64,000 nucleotides of DNA from Octopus sinensis (taxonomy: Eukaryota), in the NCBI RefSeq assembly GCF_006345805.1, contig NC_043011.1:12908464-12972463 (forward strand). Reading direction: 5' to 3'. The notes under the pieces are model-generated. The model was not told the origin of the DNA. It saw nothing but the letters and a program-made list of their open reading frames with translations, and searched no databases. Positions 25,372-39,698 of the stretch are shown piece after piece. Numbering within the stretch: position 1 is the stretch's first letter; the number at the start of each line of letters is the position of its first letter. The position numbers and the translations under genes are program-made.

Positions 25372-25420
25372 ATATATATATCCCTATATATATATTTACA
25401 TACACACACAAACAAACACG

Positions 25421-25500
<80 letters not shown>

Positions 25501-25707
25501 CCAGAAACTGCAGTCCGTGCGTATCACACTTTCTGTGTCCTATCGGACACAGAAAGTGTGCCTAAAGCCAGCTGGAGACGATGTTCTCCTGGGGCTACAA
25601 GCTACAGTAACACCCACCCTTAGTGGTTAGCCATATTGAGATAGCAAATATACTTTACATTGTCGTGCAATTACTGTTTATACCTCGTTCATAGATTTAT
25701 TATTGCT

Positions 25708-25844
<137 letters not shown>

Positions 25845-26000
25845 GCTCAAGCGTGTTTATTTGTCTATTTGCATTATTTTCTCCACGTCAGTTCACTTGT
25901 ATTCCTCTTATAGCCATTCTTTACCCCGCGGACTTAGTCCTAGAGAAAGATTTTGGAGTGTAATTTCAAATCATGTGAGCATTACTTGATCTTACCTGTT

Positions 26001-26056
<56 letters not shown>

Positions 26057-27059
26057 CTCACTCACTCACTCACTCACTCACTCACTCACTCTGTCTTTCT
26101 CTCCCAATATATATATATATATATATATATAGCGAGAGAGAGAGGAGGCATAGAAAGAGAGATTTCCATACATACATACACACACATACATACATACATA
26201 TATACATACATACATACATACATACACACACACACATACATACATACATACATACATACATACATAACATACATACATACATACATACATACATACATAC
26301 ACATATATGTACAGAGACGGTAGTAAGTATATGCACATAAGATCATGCCTTGGAGGCAGTTTATAACTTTTATAGTCTGTTACTAAGATTTTCGTTGTTG
26401 GTTTTTTTGTCTTATTTTATTGATTTTTTTTATTCTGTATAATAATAGCTCAATTAGAAATTCAGACTTCTATTTCGTTATCATACGAACGTATCTGATG
26501 ACATTCAATCATTTTTAATACCGTTATTTTCTTATAATTATTGTTAATGTTGTTTGGGATTGCTCGCTCACTCGGTCATCAATCAGCGTTGATTAGTAAG
26601 AAGACATGGGATTCTGTGTTAGTTATTTACTAGTTGTTCATTTCGGATCACTATTTGCTGAAGAAATACCGCTTTTTAAAAAAATATTTCCTGTAGTTTT
26701 TATTTTTTCTGTAAAAACATAGCTATTACTTTTTTAAAAATCTTTTTGCTTTTATGTATTCTGTTAGAGTTTGGATGAAATGTGAATAAACTTATGATAG
26801 TGAATATGTATCATACCTGCCATTAGACATACTTTTAATATGGTAAGCTCCTATTTTACATCTCAAAGACAAACTAAATAAGAATGTTATAAGTTACTGA
26901 AAACACGTTTCTTTAAAATCTAAGTTGTCTTTCATGTTTCGGTTTCACGAAATAAACACAGTTCTATCGACCATAACCCGTTCTCTCAGGAAATGTTCAA
27001 TGAAAAGAAATGATTATTCAAAACGGAAAAAACAAAAGTGGAATGATCAGATGAATAAA

Positions 27060-27510
27060 AACTTTCTTTTTACGAGTTTGTGAAAGAAACCATGTAACAT
27101 AAATATAAGAGAAAAAAGCCTTCCCAACTGTAACAGGATGTAGTAATGACTTAGCATGAATAACGTATCCAGTCAAAAGAAATTGCATAAATGGAACATG
27201 GAAGATTGTATCTTTTCGTCTTTGAATCGGTAATGATATTGCTAACTCATCGCAAGAAACTGAAGCAAGATACAAGTAAATATTTTGAACTAGAGTGAAC
27301 AGGTGACATGTTGAACAAGAGCAATACGATACATACTGGATGTCTTCAATCTGTTTTTACAAGACCATAGTGAAACCAACAATATAACAACATCTGAGTC
27401 GACTGGGAGAAAGAAGGAAATATGAGGCTGCTATTTACTGACAAAATCAAGCAAGAGAAAACCGCAATGGTCCACAGGAACGTGGCTATAACATTGCTAG
27501 CATATCTTAC
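27060..27510 (+). pseudogene. Degraded RTE-like LINE C-terminal remnant
   Basis: RIQSKEIA*...RLYLFVFESVMILL...KYFELE*TGDML...MRLLFTDKIKQEK aligns loosely with the RTE C-terminal consensus. Confidence 0.45.
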
Positions 27511-27703
27511 ATATTTATATTATATTTTATGGATGGATTGTCAAAACTATGCAATTACTTAATTCTGCGAAGTCACAAGGAGCTGCTCTTCAATAATTCT
27601 CCGAGATATGGCATGCCACCTTAATTTTGTGAGAACAGATTTGTTAAAATATACTACCAAAATGGCTTTCTGTCAGACATTAGCCTGGTAACACAGCTCT
27701 TTG

Positions 27704-28024
27704 GGATCTTTTCGGTTTGAACGGCAGTTTTTTCTAGCGGTGTCATATGAAATTGTCGCCCATAATTATGACCCTAGTATCGATCTATTGCATTTCAATA
27801 TGTTTTAGGGTTAGGGTTAGTTAGGGTTAGGGGTGGGGGGAAGGGTATCTTTTTTTTCTTCCCAAATATTAATAAACTCAATCTGTTTCTTAAACGAGGG
27901 ACATATTCATACGGCACAGAATGTTTTTTTTTACCTCAATGGACGTCATTGATTGGTTGAAATTGCAGAAATTGAAGAAAAAATTAACAAATATCTTGCA
28001 AACTATAGAATTTTCTCAATAAAG
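27704..28024. mobile_element. Merlin-like MITE family F (one end missing)
   Basis: Matches 23745-24040; no second TIR. Confidence 0.75.
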
Positions 28025-29058
28025 CGAAATGTGAGTAGTGAAATGCAGAATTAGGTCAGCTGATCGTGCGAATCAAATATTGATCGCTTCGCTAAAATCT
28101 GCAGGTGGTATGGGTTATTTCTCTTGGGTTGTTTAAATAAAATATTAGTAATATATAGTAGTAAGAAGGATCCATTGGAAGGGCGCTATTACCGATTTAT
28201 TCAACAAACAAAGTATGTCACAAACTTTCTAGACATGAGTTCTACTCCCGTGTCAAATAAAGTATAAAAGTGATATTGTCTGCAAAAATTAGAAATAGGA
28301 CACACAAAAAATCAATATTCAAAGTAATCGAACATAAACAATGAAATGGGTTATTTCCCTTGAGTGTTTAAAAAATGTTGTTCAGGTGTTATGGGTTATT
28401 TTCCATGGGTGTTTTTAAAAAATTAATTATATGTGGTAGATATAAAGGTCCCTTCCAAGGGCCGTATTATCGATTTTTTTCAAACAATCTAAGTATGTCA
28501 CGAGGTTTTCATACATGAGTTCTATTCACGTGACAAGTTTCATCAAAATCAATAAAACGATGTAGGAGGAATTAGCCACAAACAAACACACACCGAATTT
28601 CCACATAAATGGTAGATATACTCACATCATTATGTCTCCTATATTCAATTTTTGCCTTTTTCAAAACCGATTTTACACGTGCTACCCAAATGTATAGTAC
28701 CGAGCCTGTATGGTTGGTAGCAAAAGCACAAAAGTGAGAAGAGAAAAAGGAAATTGGAACAGAGAATAAGTTGTCTAAAACGTCAGAACCAAATGACTGC
28801 AACTTAACTTCGCCGAAGGCAAAAGAAATCTGGTTCTGCCAAGCAGACCAGAATGGTTACGTTCTCTCAAGTACAAGAATCAACTTGCAACATAGACACA
28901 GGAACTGGATCGACTTTCTCAATGCTGAAGTGTTTCATTTTAAGTATTTCTGAAGTGTTAATTCAGTGAATGCAGGAGTATTTACGACTACCACAAAGTG
29001 GTTTTACCGCAACCACCGCTAACTTATTTCCTTACACCCACATCTTAGTTGTTTCATT

Positions 29059-29437
29059 GTGGAGGCGCAATGGCCCAGTGGTTAGGGCAGCGGACTCGCG
29101 GTCGTAGGATCGCGGTTTCGATTCCCAAACCGGGCGTTGTGAGTGTTTATTGAGCGAAAATACTTAAAGCTCCACGAAGCTCCGGCAAGGGATAGTGGTG
29201 ATCTATGCTGTACTCGTTCACCACAACTTTCTCTCACTCTTACTTCCTGTTTCTGTTGTGCCTGTATTTCAAAGGGCCGGCCTTGTCACTCTCTGTGTCA
29301 CGCTGAATATCCCCGAGAACTGCGATAAGGGTACACGTGTCTGTGGAGTGCTCAGCCACTTACACGTTAATTTCACGAACAGGCTGTTCCGTTGATCGGA
29401 TCAACCGGAACCCTCGTCGTCGTAACCGACGGAGTGC
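29059..29437 (+). mobile_element. SINE family C (tail variant 2)
   Basis: Same head and body as 15149, unrelated 3' half ending gtcgtcgtaaccgacggagtgc. Confidence 0.8.
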
Positions 29438-29849
29438 TTCCTCCTCCTAAGTTGTTTCATTACAACCACAGCTTAGTCGTGCCATGGCAACCAGCACTCA
29501 GCTGTTTCAGTAAAACCAACAACATTATATGCTTGTCTTTTATTTTATTTTTTTACTTGCTTCATTCATTAGACTGTGGCCATACTAGGACACAGCCTTG
29601 AAGAATTTTGGTCGAACTTATCGATCACAGTGCCTTTTCGTGAAGCACCGTGCTCATTCTATTAGTCTCCTTTGCCGAACCGCTAAGTTACAGGTGCGCA
29701 AACACACCAACACCGGTTGTCAACCAGTGGGGGAGGACAACATACGCAAACACACACATACACACACACATAAATATACGAACACACAAACAAACATGCA
29801 CACACACACACACGCACGCACACACACACACCACACACACACACACATA

Positions 29850-29883
<34 letters not shown>

Positions 29884-29914
29884 TAATATATATATATAAT
29901 TAAATTAGAGATTT

Positions 29915-29983
<69 letters not shown>

Positions 29984-31093
29984 TATAAATATAAATTAAT
30001 AATTCTAACTTTTTAACTTTAAATTTAAATAATTTAAATTTTGAATTTTGTATTTTATATTTTGTATATTATATTAATTAATTTTATTTCTATGTTTTGG
30101 TTTAAGTTTTTCAGTTTGAGTTGCCTAATAGTGGTTTTATTTCTAATTTAATTCATATGTATATTTATACTGTAAAATTGGATTTAATCCTGAATCTAAT
30201 TTTTCCCTGTAAGTTTGGATTTACTCCCTAATATTATTATTATATATATACGACGGGCTTCCTTCAGGTTCCGCCTACCAAATCTACTCACAAGGCTTTT
30301 GTGCCAGACACACTGAAACTGATTCCGGAACCATGTAGCTGGGAAGCAAACTTCTTAACACACCACCACGCCTGCTCATCCATTACGACCACCACCACTG
30401 ACCTGTTTCATTAAAATCCCCAGTTTTATCATTACATTCATTATTAAGACATTTCATTATCATCGCTATTCAGTCGTATCATTACAATCAGCAGCGAAGT
30501 GGCTCGTTGCAGTGATCACTCCAAACACCATAACGTCGACTGGATGTTTGATTTTTATCACTCTCGGTACGTGTTTAGGGGACACGGGAAGCCAAAAGTT
30601 GTTCTGTGTGTTCACCATCTGTTCGTATAGGAGCTGCCGTCGCGAATACCAAGCGTGTCGTTTCCAAATTTCTGGCAGTGCATTGCGTCATGGTGTTGTT
30701 TTTCACAGAGACGGTGCCCAACTGACTCTACTATACAGTGTAGTCGACAAAATAAAAAACAAACGATGCGCATGCGCAAATTTTAAAGTATTAAATGGCG
30801 ACAATTTACCCATCATACTCTGTATATATGTGTGTGTGTGTGTTTATATATATATATGTGTGTGTGTGTGTTTATATATATATATGTGTGTGTGTGTGTG
30901 CGTGTGTGTATATATACATATATACACACACACACATACACACACACATACAGCCGCACGAGCCCACATACTCACACACGTGTTTTACAAACGTGTGAAC
31001 AAGTACTCTAGATATATATCAGAGTCTATTCGGAAACGGCTGATGAATCGTTTGAGAGAATTTCCACAAGCTGTAACTTTAATGATATCTAAA

Positions 31094-31520
31094 GCGGCGA
31101 GCTGGCAGAAACGTTAGCACGCCGGGCGAAATACGTAGCCGTATTTCGTCTGCCGTTACGTTCTGAGTTCAAATTCCGCCGAGGTCGGCTTTGCCTTTCA
31201 TCCTTTCGGGGTCGATTAAATAAAATTAAATAAGTACCAGTTACGCACTGGGATCGATATAATCGACTTAATCCGTTTGTCTATCCTTGTTTGTCCCCTT
31301 TGTGTTTAGCCCCTTGTGGGTAGTAAAGAAATAGGTATTTCGTCTGCCGTTACGTTCTGAGTTCAAATTCCGCCGAAGTCGACTTTGACTTTCATCCTTT
31401 CGGGGCCGATTAAATAAGTACCAGTTACGCACTGGGGTCGATATAATCGACTTAATCCGTTTGTCTGTCCGTGTTTGTCCCCTCTGTGTTTAGCCTCTTG
31501 TGGGCAGTAAAGAAATAGGT
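31094..31520 (+). mobile_element. SINE family A, one full plus one head-less tandem copy
   Basis: Full copy to ~31336 followed immediately by a repeat starting at gtatttcgtctgccg. Confidence 0.85.
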
Positions 31521-31959
31521 ATCTAATTGTGAGTTGGTAACAGTTTACTGCTGCAATATCTCGGTTCCTCTATTGAAAAACCTTAGGGTTTTCAACGTTT
31601 GGAATTTCCAAGATATATAACTACTACATTTTAAGCTCTCACCAGGGAACAAAACAGTGTTTTACCAGTGTAAACATTAGTTTTCCCAGCAGTATACTTT
31701 TTACCAGCAGTTTAAATCCTGCCTGAACGATCGCATGAGGTGGGTTAACTTTGAGTTGAGACAGTGAATCATCAGCTGTTTCCAAATGTATGCGTGTTTG
31801 CATGCGTGCGTGCGCGTGTATGTTTAAACATAAAGCGAAAGTTATAATCCAGATACAATACCAGCCGTTTCGTATTTACCTCACCATAACTGCATATTAT
31901 CTTAAACATTATGTTAAGTTCTGTTAGACAACCGATTTTAAATACAATGCACTGTTTCT

Positions 31960-32231
31960 TTTTCTCCCTACCTGTCTATTACATCTGATCTCTTGTGCTT
32001 ATGTCTTATGGGGATTTGGTCAGGAATATTGGACCAGTATTCTTTTATATTATCGGTGAATATGCCTTCTACATTACCGTTAATTCTTACGCTTCTGCCT
32101 TCAGGAAAATCCTTCTTACAATTTGCATTATACATCATTTTTGTAGCTACATTATATTTCAATTGTAGACAGTGTTTTGATAACATTTTAGAACAGCTGA
32201 TTATGATGTAGGTTACATTTTCGGGTGTCTT

Positions 32232-32306
<75 letters not shown>

Positions 32307-33060
32307 AATGTATTTGTATAGTGAATGTTAACTATCACTTTCTCAAAAACCTAGGTTTTATGAACAAATTTCCTTAGATTACCTCTTAGACATTTAGGCG
32401 AAATGCACTAATAATTATAGGTATAAATGCATAATCTTGGCAGAGAATCTGCAAATTCGAAGCAGTTGTCCGTAAATATTCTTTTACTAACCGATTTCGG
32501 CAGTTTTGACAGGAATCTTTTCCATAATTCTTCCGTTGAAATGCATATGTTTACTCAACAGCAGAAATTCTTTCTTCATTTATTCTGTGGCAAGTTTTCC
32601 GCCAACGTATATTGTTTAAACAACAGCATCATATCACATTGAAAAGTATACCTTAATGATTTTTAGGAATCTGCTGATTACGCATGTAAAATTGTCCTCA
32701 GAAATGAGATATAATCAACATTTCCGGTTGCATCGCACCTTAAGATTTAAGAGCTTCATTATCTACTTTGTTCAGTAGTTATTTTGTAGGTAGGTAGCTT
32801 TTGGATAGCAAACTCATACTCTTCAAAATATTTTACGATGTAGTGGTTACGAATCCAGAAGAGACCATGTTTCTGAATGATATTAGTATCATCCTCAATT
32901 ATACAAGACACATATCCATGCATTCTCCCTTTTTGTGTCCATCTATATCTCGGAAAACCCGCTGTCATCCCTGAATGTTCCCCTTCTTTGGTTATTTCGT
33001 GTTACTGCGAATGTGACTTTGTACCAGTGTGACCAATTCTCTGCTGCTTCTAGAATGATG
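31960..33060 (-). pseudogene. Degraded fragments of an RLE-type (R4/Dong-like) non-LTR retrotransposon
   Basis: KGRMHGY...FEEYEFAIQ (32790-32930), EDNFTCVIS...YDAVV, KNIYGQLLR (32455-32485) and ATKMMYNA...KEYWSNIP...KHKRSD (31968-32186). Confidence 0.6.
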
Positions 33061-33084
33061 AGCCGACAAAGATTTTGTAAATAT

Positions 33085-33308
33085 CGAGCTGGTAGAAGCG
33101 TTAGCACGCCGGACGAAATGCGTATCCGTATTTCGTCTGTCGTTATGTTCCGAGTTCAAATTCCGCCGAGGTCGACTTTGCCTTTCATCCTCCCGGGGTC
33201 GATAAATAAAGTACCAGTTTCGCACTGGGTCGATGTAATCGACTTAATCCCTTTGTCAGTCCTTGTTTGTCCCCTCTATGTTTAGCCCCTTGTAGTTAGT
33301 AAAGAAAT
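33085..33308 (+). mobile_element. SINE family A
   Basis: Match to the family A consensus from cgagctgg to aaagaaat. Confidence 0.85.
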
Positions 33309-33759
33309 ATATATATATATCTAGTTTTCCTTACATTAATCTGTGACATATAATGATGTGTAGATAATTGTATATCCATGGGTGAAAGTGTCTCAGTATA
33401 TCCAACATTTTTTCTTCATTCGGCAATTTTCGCCCACGTGTATCAGTCATGATAAACCTGTTGAATGTATTTTGAAATCAAACTTTGTTACAAGAAAGTT
33501 GTATATCAAGAAATAAAATATCAGTAAAATCTTGTTCAAATAATTTTTTTTGTATTTAAGTTTGTCTTATTTTTGTATTTTTCTTAATTTGTAGTCTACC
33601 GTACACTTGCCAAACATTTGTATATTCACGCGGTACACCTGCACGATGTAACGCACGAGTAGAAAATAAATGGCTCCAAAAATTTAAACCATTGTTCGTC
33701 TTTGTTATCACTGTGGTGATTCTGATCCCGCTCACCTAGATTTCTGCACGGAGCAGCAA

Positions 33760-34700
33760 CAGTCATTTAGACATTTACTAACAAAACCAAGTGAATTTAT
33801 AATCTGTGCATTTATAATGAGTTGAAGAGCAGCAAATTTCGAAGCAGTTGTCCATAGACATTCTCCTATTCACTAATTTTGGAAGAACTATTTACATCTG
33901 AAGGGTAGCTAACCTCTATGATTGTACATAACTTTTCTTTTTGTTTCAAATAACTATGTCCAGCCTGTTATGTTTTGCTTAGAAGTTTTGATGGAAATCC
34001 TCCACCAATAGAGGAGTTGTTTATATATATCCCAGGTCAGCTTTACTGCGGATGGCGTTGTACATGGTTTTAGCGACAGCATCATGTTGCAGTGGTAGGA
34101 AGTACCACGATGACACCTTTGGAGAAGTTACTAGCTACATATGTAAGGTCGTCCACAGAAGAGTGATACAACTGACATTTGCCGTTAAATCTGAGCAGTT
34201 TACAAGGGTTTCACCATCCCGTTTATTTATGAGATATTTTGTAATTATCTCTTGTCTTGAGTTGCAAACGTGTTGTCTTTGAAATGAGATGTGTTATAAC
34301 AGCCATGAATTCAAGAGCGGCTGCAATTCATGTTAACATTTCATAATCCTCAAGTTTATAGGAAATATACTCATGCAGAACCTTTTTGCGATAAGCAAAG
34401 AGTTTCTCTTCCAAGTCTTCTGATGGCAGGTCATCAGGATGAATGAATATTTCTGGAGAAGCTCGCTGCAAAGGCACAGAATAATATTCACTTCATTTTG
34501 GGGCTGATGCATTATTTTTGCTGCTGTTTTTAACAGGAGCTATTAGAGCAGCTCTTTTCTAGGAAAAATTCCACATTCAAAGGTTGTCTGCACTGATCTC
34601 AAGCCTCTTCTTCTTTTCTTCTCAGATAGAATCTGTCAATATCACTGCTTCTGTGGAAGTTTGCAGTTGATGTTAGGATCTTGCTGGTTTTAATATGTAT
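33760..34700 (-). pseudogene. RLE-type (R4/Dong-like) non-LTR retrotransposon 3' half
   Basis: SDIDRFYLRRKEE (cf. SDVDRLYLPRKEGGRG), EIITKYLINKRD, decayed zinc knuckle, LPLQHDAVAKTMYNAI, WWRISIKT, EKLCTIIEVSYPSDVN...ENVYGQLLRNL (restriction-like endonuclease). Confidence 0.75.
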
Positions 34701-34736
34701 AGAGCATGGCAGTGTAGTAAGAAGCTTGCTTCCCAA

Positions 34737-36701
34737 GAAGCCTGCTTCATGCGCATGCGTTGGTCACTGTTTTCTTTGCACTGCTAGGGGTCACGTCGCT
34801 GTACACCAACGTCGTGAATTATTGAACAAGTGAAGCACAACTACCAGGTAAGACATTTGTTTCGGGGTTCGGGATTCAGTGGCGGTGTATTGCTTGTGTT
34901 TATTTATTTTTGTCGAGCAAGAAATATCCACTGAGTTCCTGGCAGATTGTCTGCCTGTAGTTGTGCTTAAAGTCTCACTTAGCGGTGAGAAGTGTGTTTT
35001 TGGGGGTGTACCCCCCCCCACTATAATTGTGCTTATTTTTTACCAATTTTTGGTGAAATTGTTGTGTAACTGTTTTGTGTCCTTACCAAGAGGATTACCG
35101 AGTTGGCCAGGAGTACCAAGACAACCAGAATAGTTTGCTGTGTTTTGGAACTGTTTCTTGTCTTCTTCCTTCCTTTCTGTATTTTTGGGTTTTTTTAATA
35201 CTGTGAACTTTTTTCCAAAAAAAAACATGGCAAAAAAGACAAACAACACTGCGATGGAGTGGGAGATTGTTCCGCCCAAACAGTGGATGAAAGACTTTGA
35301 AGAGAGGACGGTGATGTTAAGGACTTACTCAAAGTCGCTCGACACCATCGCCCTCTTTCAAAAGACTCAAATTGAAAAAGAGTTGGCAGAGTATTTGCCA
35401 ACTATTAAATTAATCTCCAGGGCGGTCAAATATGCAACGGTGTGGTTGCTATTTGACACCCCTGAGGAGGCTCGCAAATTTGCGAACCAGCAAAGAGATT
35501 TTGTTTCTTCCCACGTATGGTAGGAAGAAGTTGACAAGAGCTTGGGTCTGCGAGTTACCACCCGGGATAGAACCCGAGTGGATAGAGAACACTATCCGCC
35601 GGGGTCTGGATAGCAGCGGATCCAAGCTGCTTAATGTTAAATTTTTGCCTGCGGCTGATTGGGTTGGGTCAAAAGTTGTTTTGACCCTGTGGACCCAATG
35701 GCCGGTTGTAGGTACCCGGTGATTCTTGAGGGACGCCCCCTACCACCACCACCAAATGTCACCTGTGCCTGGAACCGGGCCACATCAAAAAGAACTGTCC
35801 CCAGGACCTGGAACAGTTGGTTGTGGAAGAGCCCTCTCCTCCTCCGGAGGGAGAGATGGAGGTAGTCGAGGAGGTAGAAACCTCCCCGGGAAAAGGGGAA
35901 AAAAGGAAGAAGGCGGGCAACAATGGTTGCTCACCGAAGGACCCTAAAGCTGCGGGAGGGAGCGATGATCATCCGGTTAAAGCGAAGGAACTACCCCCCT
36001 CCCGTATCAAAGACAAGAAAAAAGAAGAAAAAGAATTGGACAATGCCGGCGGTTAGCAGTACACTGCCGACATGTCCTGAAACCTCGTCGGTGGGATTGT
36101 GCCACCGACGGAGGAAACTGTGGCCCCTCCCAGTGTAATAAATGAGGAATTTGTGATCTTCTTTCTTAAGGGAACTTTGTGAGGAATCTTGAAGGTCGGG
36201 AAAAGGCGGTCCTGACCTGCATTGATAGCCCGGATTGGCCTCCGCAGGGTTCTGCGGAGGTCATAGAGGAAAATTATTTCTATAGGGTGATGGATTCCTT
36301 TACTAAGGAAGAATATAATTATCTTTCATGGGACCCCGGCTTGCGACTTCAGGCTTGCCTGCGGGGGGCAAGAGACTTAATCGGGGAGGCAGAGTAAGAG
36401 GTCTTAGTGCCTCGATTCGAACTTGGAGATTTGTGAGAGCTTTAGCGCCTCAAGTTGAATATTTTCTTAACTTTTTTTGATTGGTAAGAGGCTCAGCGAC
36501 TCAATTTGTAATTGTTGTAAGAGGTTCAACACCTCATTTGTGTTTCTAAAAGCAAGAACAATGTTATCGGGAAGTAACAATCAGCGTTGGCTGCTTCCCC
36601 CACCAACCATCTCTTTTTTCATTCCATCATCATCATTGTGTCTGTGTCCAGCCCGCAAAGCTTCATCTGTATTGTGCCTTTATGGCAAATGTAATGAAAT
36701 A
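34737..36701 (+). mobile_element. ORF1-only L1/Tx1-like element (HAL1-like)
   Basis: 5' UTR, disrupted ORF1, no ORF2, 3' end aatgaaata(aa); flanked by aagaagcttgcttcc(c/t)aa at 34719-34736 and 36702-36719. Confidence 0.6.
35227..36397 (+). pseudogene. L1/Tx1-type ORF1 (gag-like) with CCHC zinc knuckle
   Basis: ATG 35227; RRM-like ATVWLLFDTPEEARKF and TRAWVCELPPGIEPEWI; perfect CX2CX4HX4C (CHLCLEPGHIKKNC, 35757-35798); Lys/Glu/Pro-rich linker; at least 3 frameshifts. Confidence 0.75.
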
Positions 36702-37086
36702 AAGAAGCTTGCTTCCTAACCACATGGTCCCAGGTTCAGTTTCACTGTGTGGCACCTTCGGCAAGTGTCTTCTGGTATAGCCCCGAGCCCACCAAAGCCT
36801 TATAAGTGGATTTAATAGACGGAAACTGAAAGAAACTCGTCGTGTTTGCATGTGTGTTTGTGTGTGTCTATGTGTAGGCAAATCAAAAATAAAAACAAAA
36901 TTAGGAAAAACAAGAAAAGTGAAAAGGACGTACACAGTAAATCGATAATTTTGACGCTCAGAGAAAGCTTAATGTGTGACGCTTCGGAGAAGGTTCTTCG
37001 TCAGAAAGAGAAAAGAGGAAAACGTGTCCACCGGGAAAGAAAAGAATAGTTCGAGAAAAGCACGTGTGTCTTTACATGGCTCAGCA

Positions 37087-37279
37087 AACTTTAGGCTAGT
37101 TAGAATATGTTTGTGACACATTTCAACTTCAAAAGCATATTCACTGCAGTTACTATGGAGAAAAAGTTTGTCTCTCGTGGTAAAAGGTGTAAAAGAATCT
37201 TTTTCACCACAGTAACTACCGTCAGTTTGCCTTTACAAGTTGAAATATGTCACAAACATACTTTAGCTAGCCTAAAGTT
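37087..37279. repeat. ~190-bp fold-back (MITE-like) inverted repeat
   Basis: ~80-bp imperfect arms aactttaggctagttagaatatgtttgtgaca... / ...tgtcacaaacatactttagctagcctaaagtt around a ~32-nt spacer. Confidence 0.7.
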
Positions 37280-37349
37280 CGCGTATGCCTTATCATTATT
37301 TGGCATTGATATTATTGAATGTATGTGTGCGTGCTTGCATGTGTGTGTG

Positions 37350-37450
<101 letters not shown>

Positions 37451-37869
37451 TGTCAGTGTTTGTCCCCATCACCGCTTGACAACCGGGGATGGTGTGTTAA
37501 CGCTTCGGCAAAAAAGACCGATAGAATAGGTACCAGTCTTTAAAAAAAGTAATAGAAAAATGAGTAGCAGGATCGATTCATTCGACTATGAAAATTCTTC
37601 GAGGCGGTGCCCCAGTATGGCCGCAGTCCAATGACTGAAACAAGTGGAAGATAAAAAAATTTTAAAAGACTGGTTAAGTATCACAAATGTTGGTAACAGT
37701 TGGTACTGAAAATGCATGGGGATGGATATTATCGTGTAAGATGTAGGTAGGATATAGATAAGTATTTAGATAGGTACCTACTTATATAGGGAGACGTAGA
37801 TAGTTTGGTATAAAGACAGAAAAGGAGCGGGAGTTGATAGGTAGGTAGGTAGGTTTATAGGTATGTAGG

Positions 37870-38225
<356 letters not shown>

Positions 38226-38227
38226 GG

Positions 38228-38304
<77 letters not shown>

Positions 38305-38691
38305 GACGTCTAGGCGTATTTGAATATTGCTAACTTATTGAGAATTCGCATGTATGTGTATGTGTCTGTGGAATGAGAGGGCTATCCACGCGAAATAAAT
38401 ATTAACTTCAAACTGTTTTTCACTGCGCCCGCTTACTCTTCAGACATCTAATACAATAGTGCCAACTCAATATTCCCCTCGGAAGCACACCGGCCAATCG
38501 AGTATAGATGATTGCTATTTAACCGCTAACATTAATACTCATATTCAGCACATACCTGTTCCAAGGATGACTGAAATGTTAAATGCAACACAAGACAAAA
38601 AAGAATGAAGCGATTATATTACAGATAAAAGATTTCTCAATAAAATCCTGCTATAAATAAACTATATATAACTATTATTTAATTAAATATT

Positions 38692-39000
<309 letters not shown>

Positions 39001-39698
39001 TACAGTTGCTACCGACTCCTCTGAAATGTATTATATAACCTACAAGGCTTAGTAGGAAATTACCAAAACTTTATGCTGCTTATATTCTGATACATTTAAT
39101 TCCGCATCATCAGTAAACCTGACAGAAACAAACTGAAATTTAATCTAACATATAGATTAAAATTATCACGTCCGTTAAACCATTTAATGTAAAGCGAGAT
39201 TTGTACGGAAGCATAAATGCAGCATAAATGGAAATCCTCCTGACGTTATGAAAGCTCGCAGGGCAAGGTCAAATTATATGTAAATATTGTTATTGATTTT
39301 TCAACGTAATGTCATGGCTTGTCTCACTTTAAGAGAACATTGGTCGAGTGTATGAAACCAATATTCTGTTAAAGTGTTACTGGTGAGGTTATATGACAGC
39401 TAAATGGTTTGTTAGAGGAGTACTAGTAAATGCGAAGAGAAAAGGAAAGCAACGGAATAATATTATTGATCAATGATTAAAAAGTGTTCTCGCAGCACAC
39501 GTTTATAACAAATACTGTGAGGAACTGAGTGGGCGGTAAACAGTGACCGATAGAAATAATCACTCTGTGCCAGAAGTAAAATTACAAGCAGCACTTCGAT
39601 GAATACCAATATGACAAGGTCTCAGATACGTAATACAGTGAACCGAAAGCGTCATTCAACAGAGACTATCCAAACAATTAGTTGATGAAAAAAAAAAA

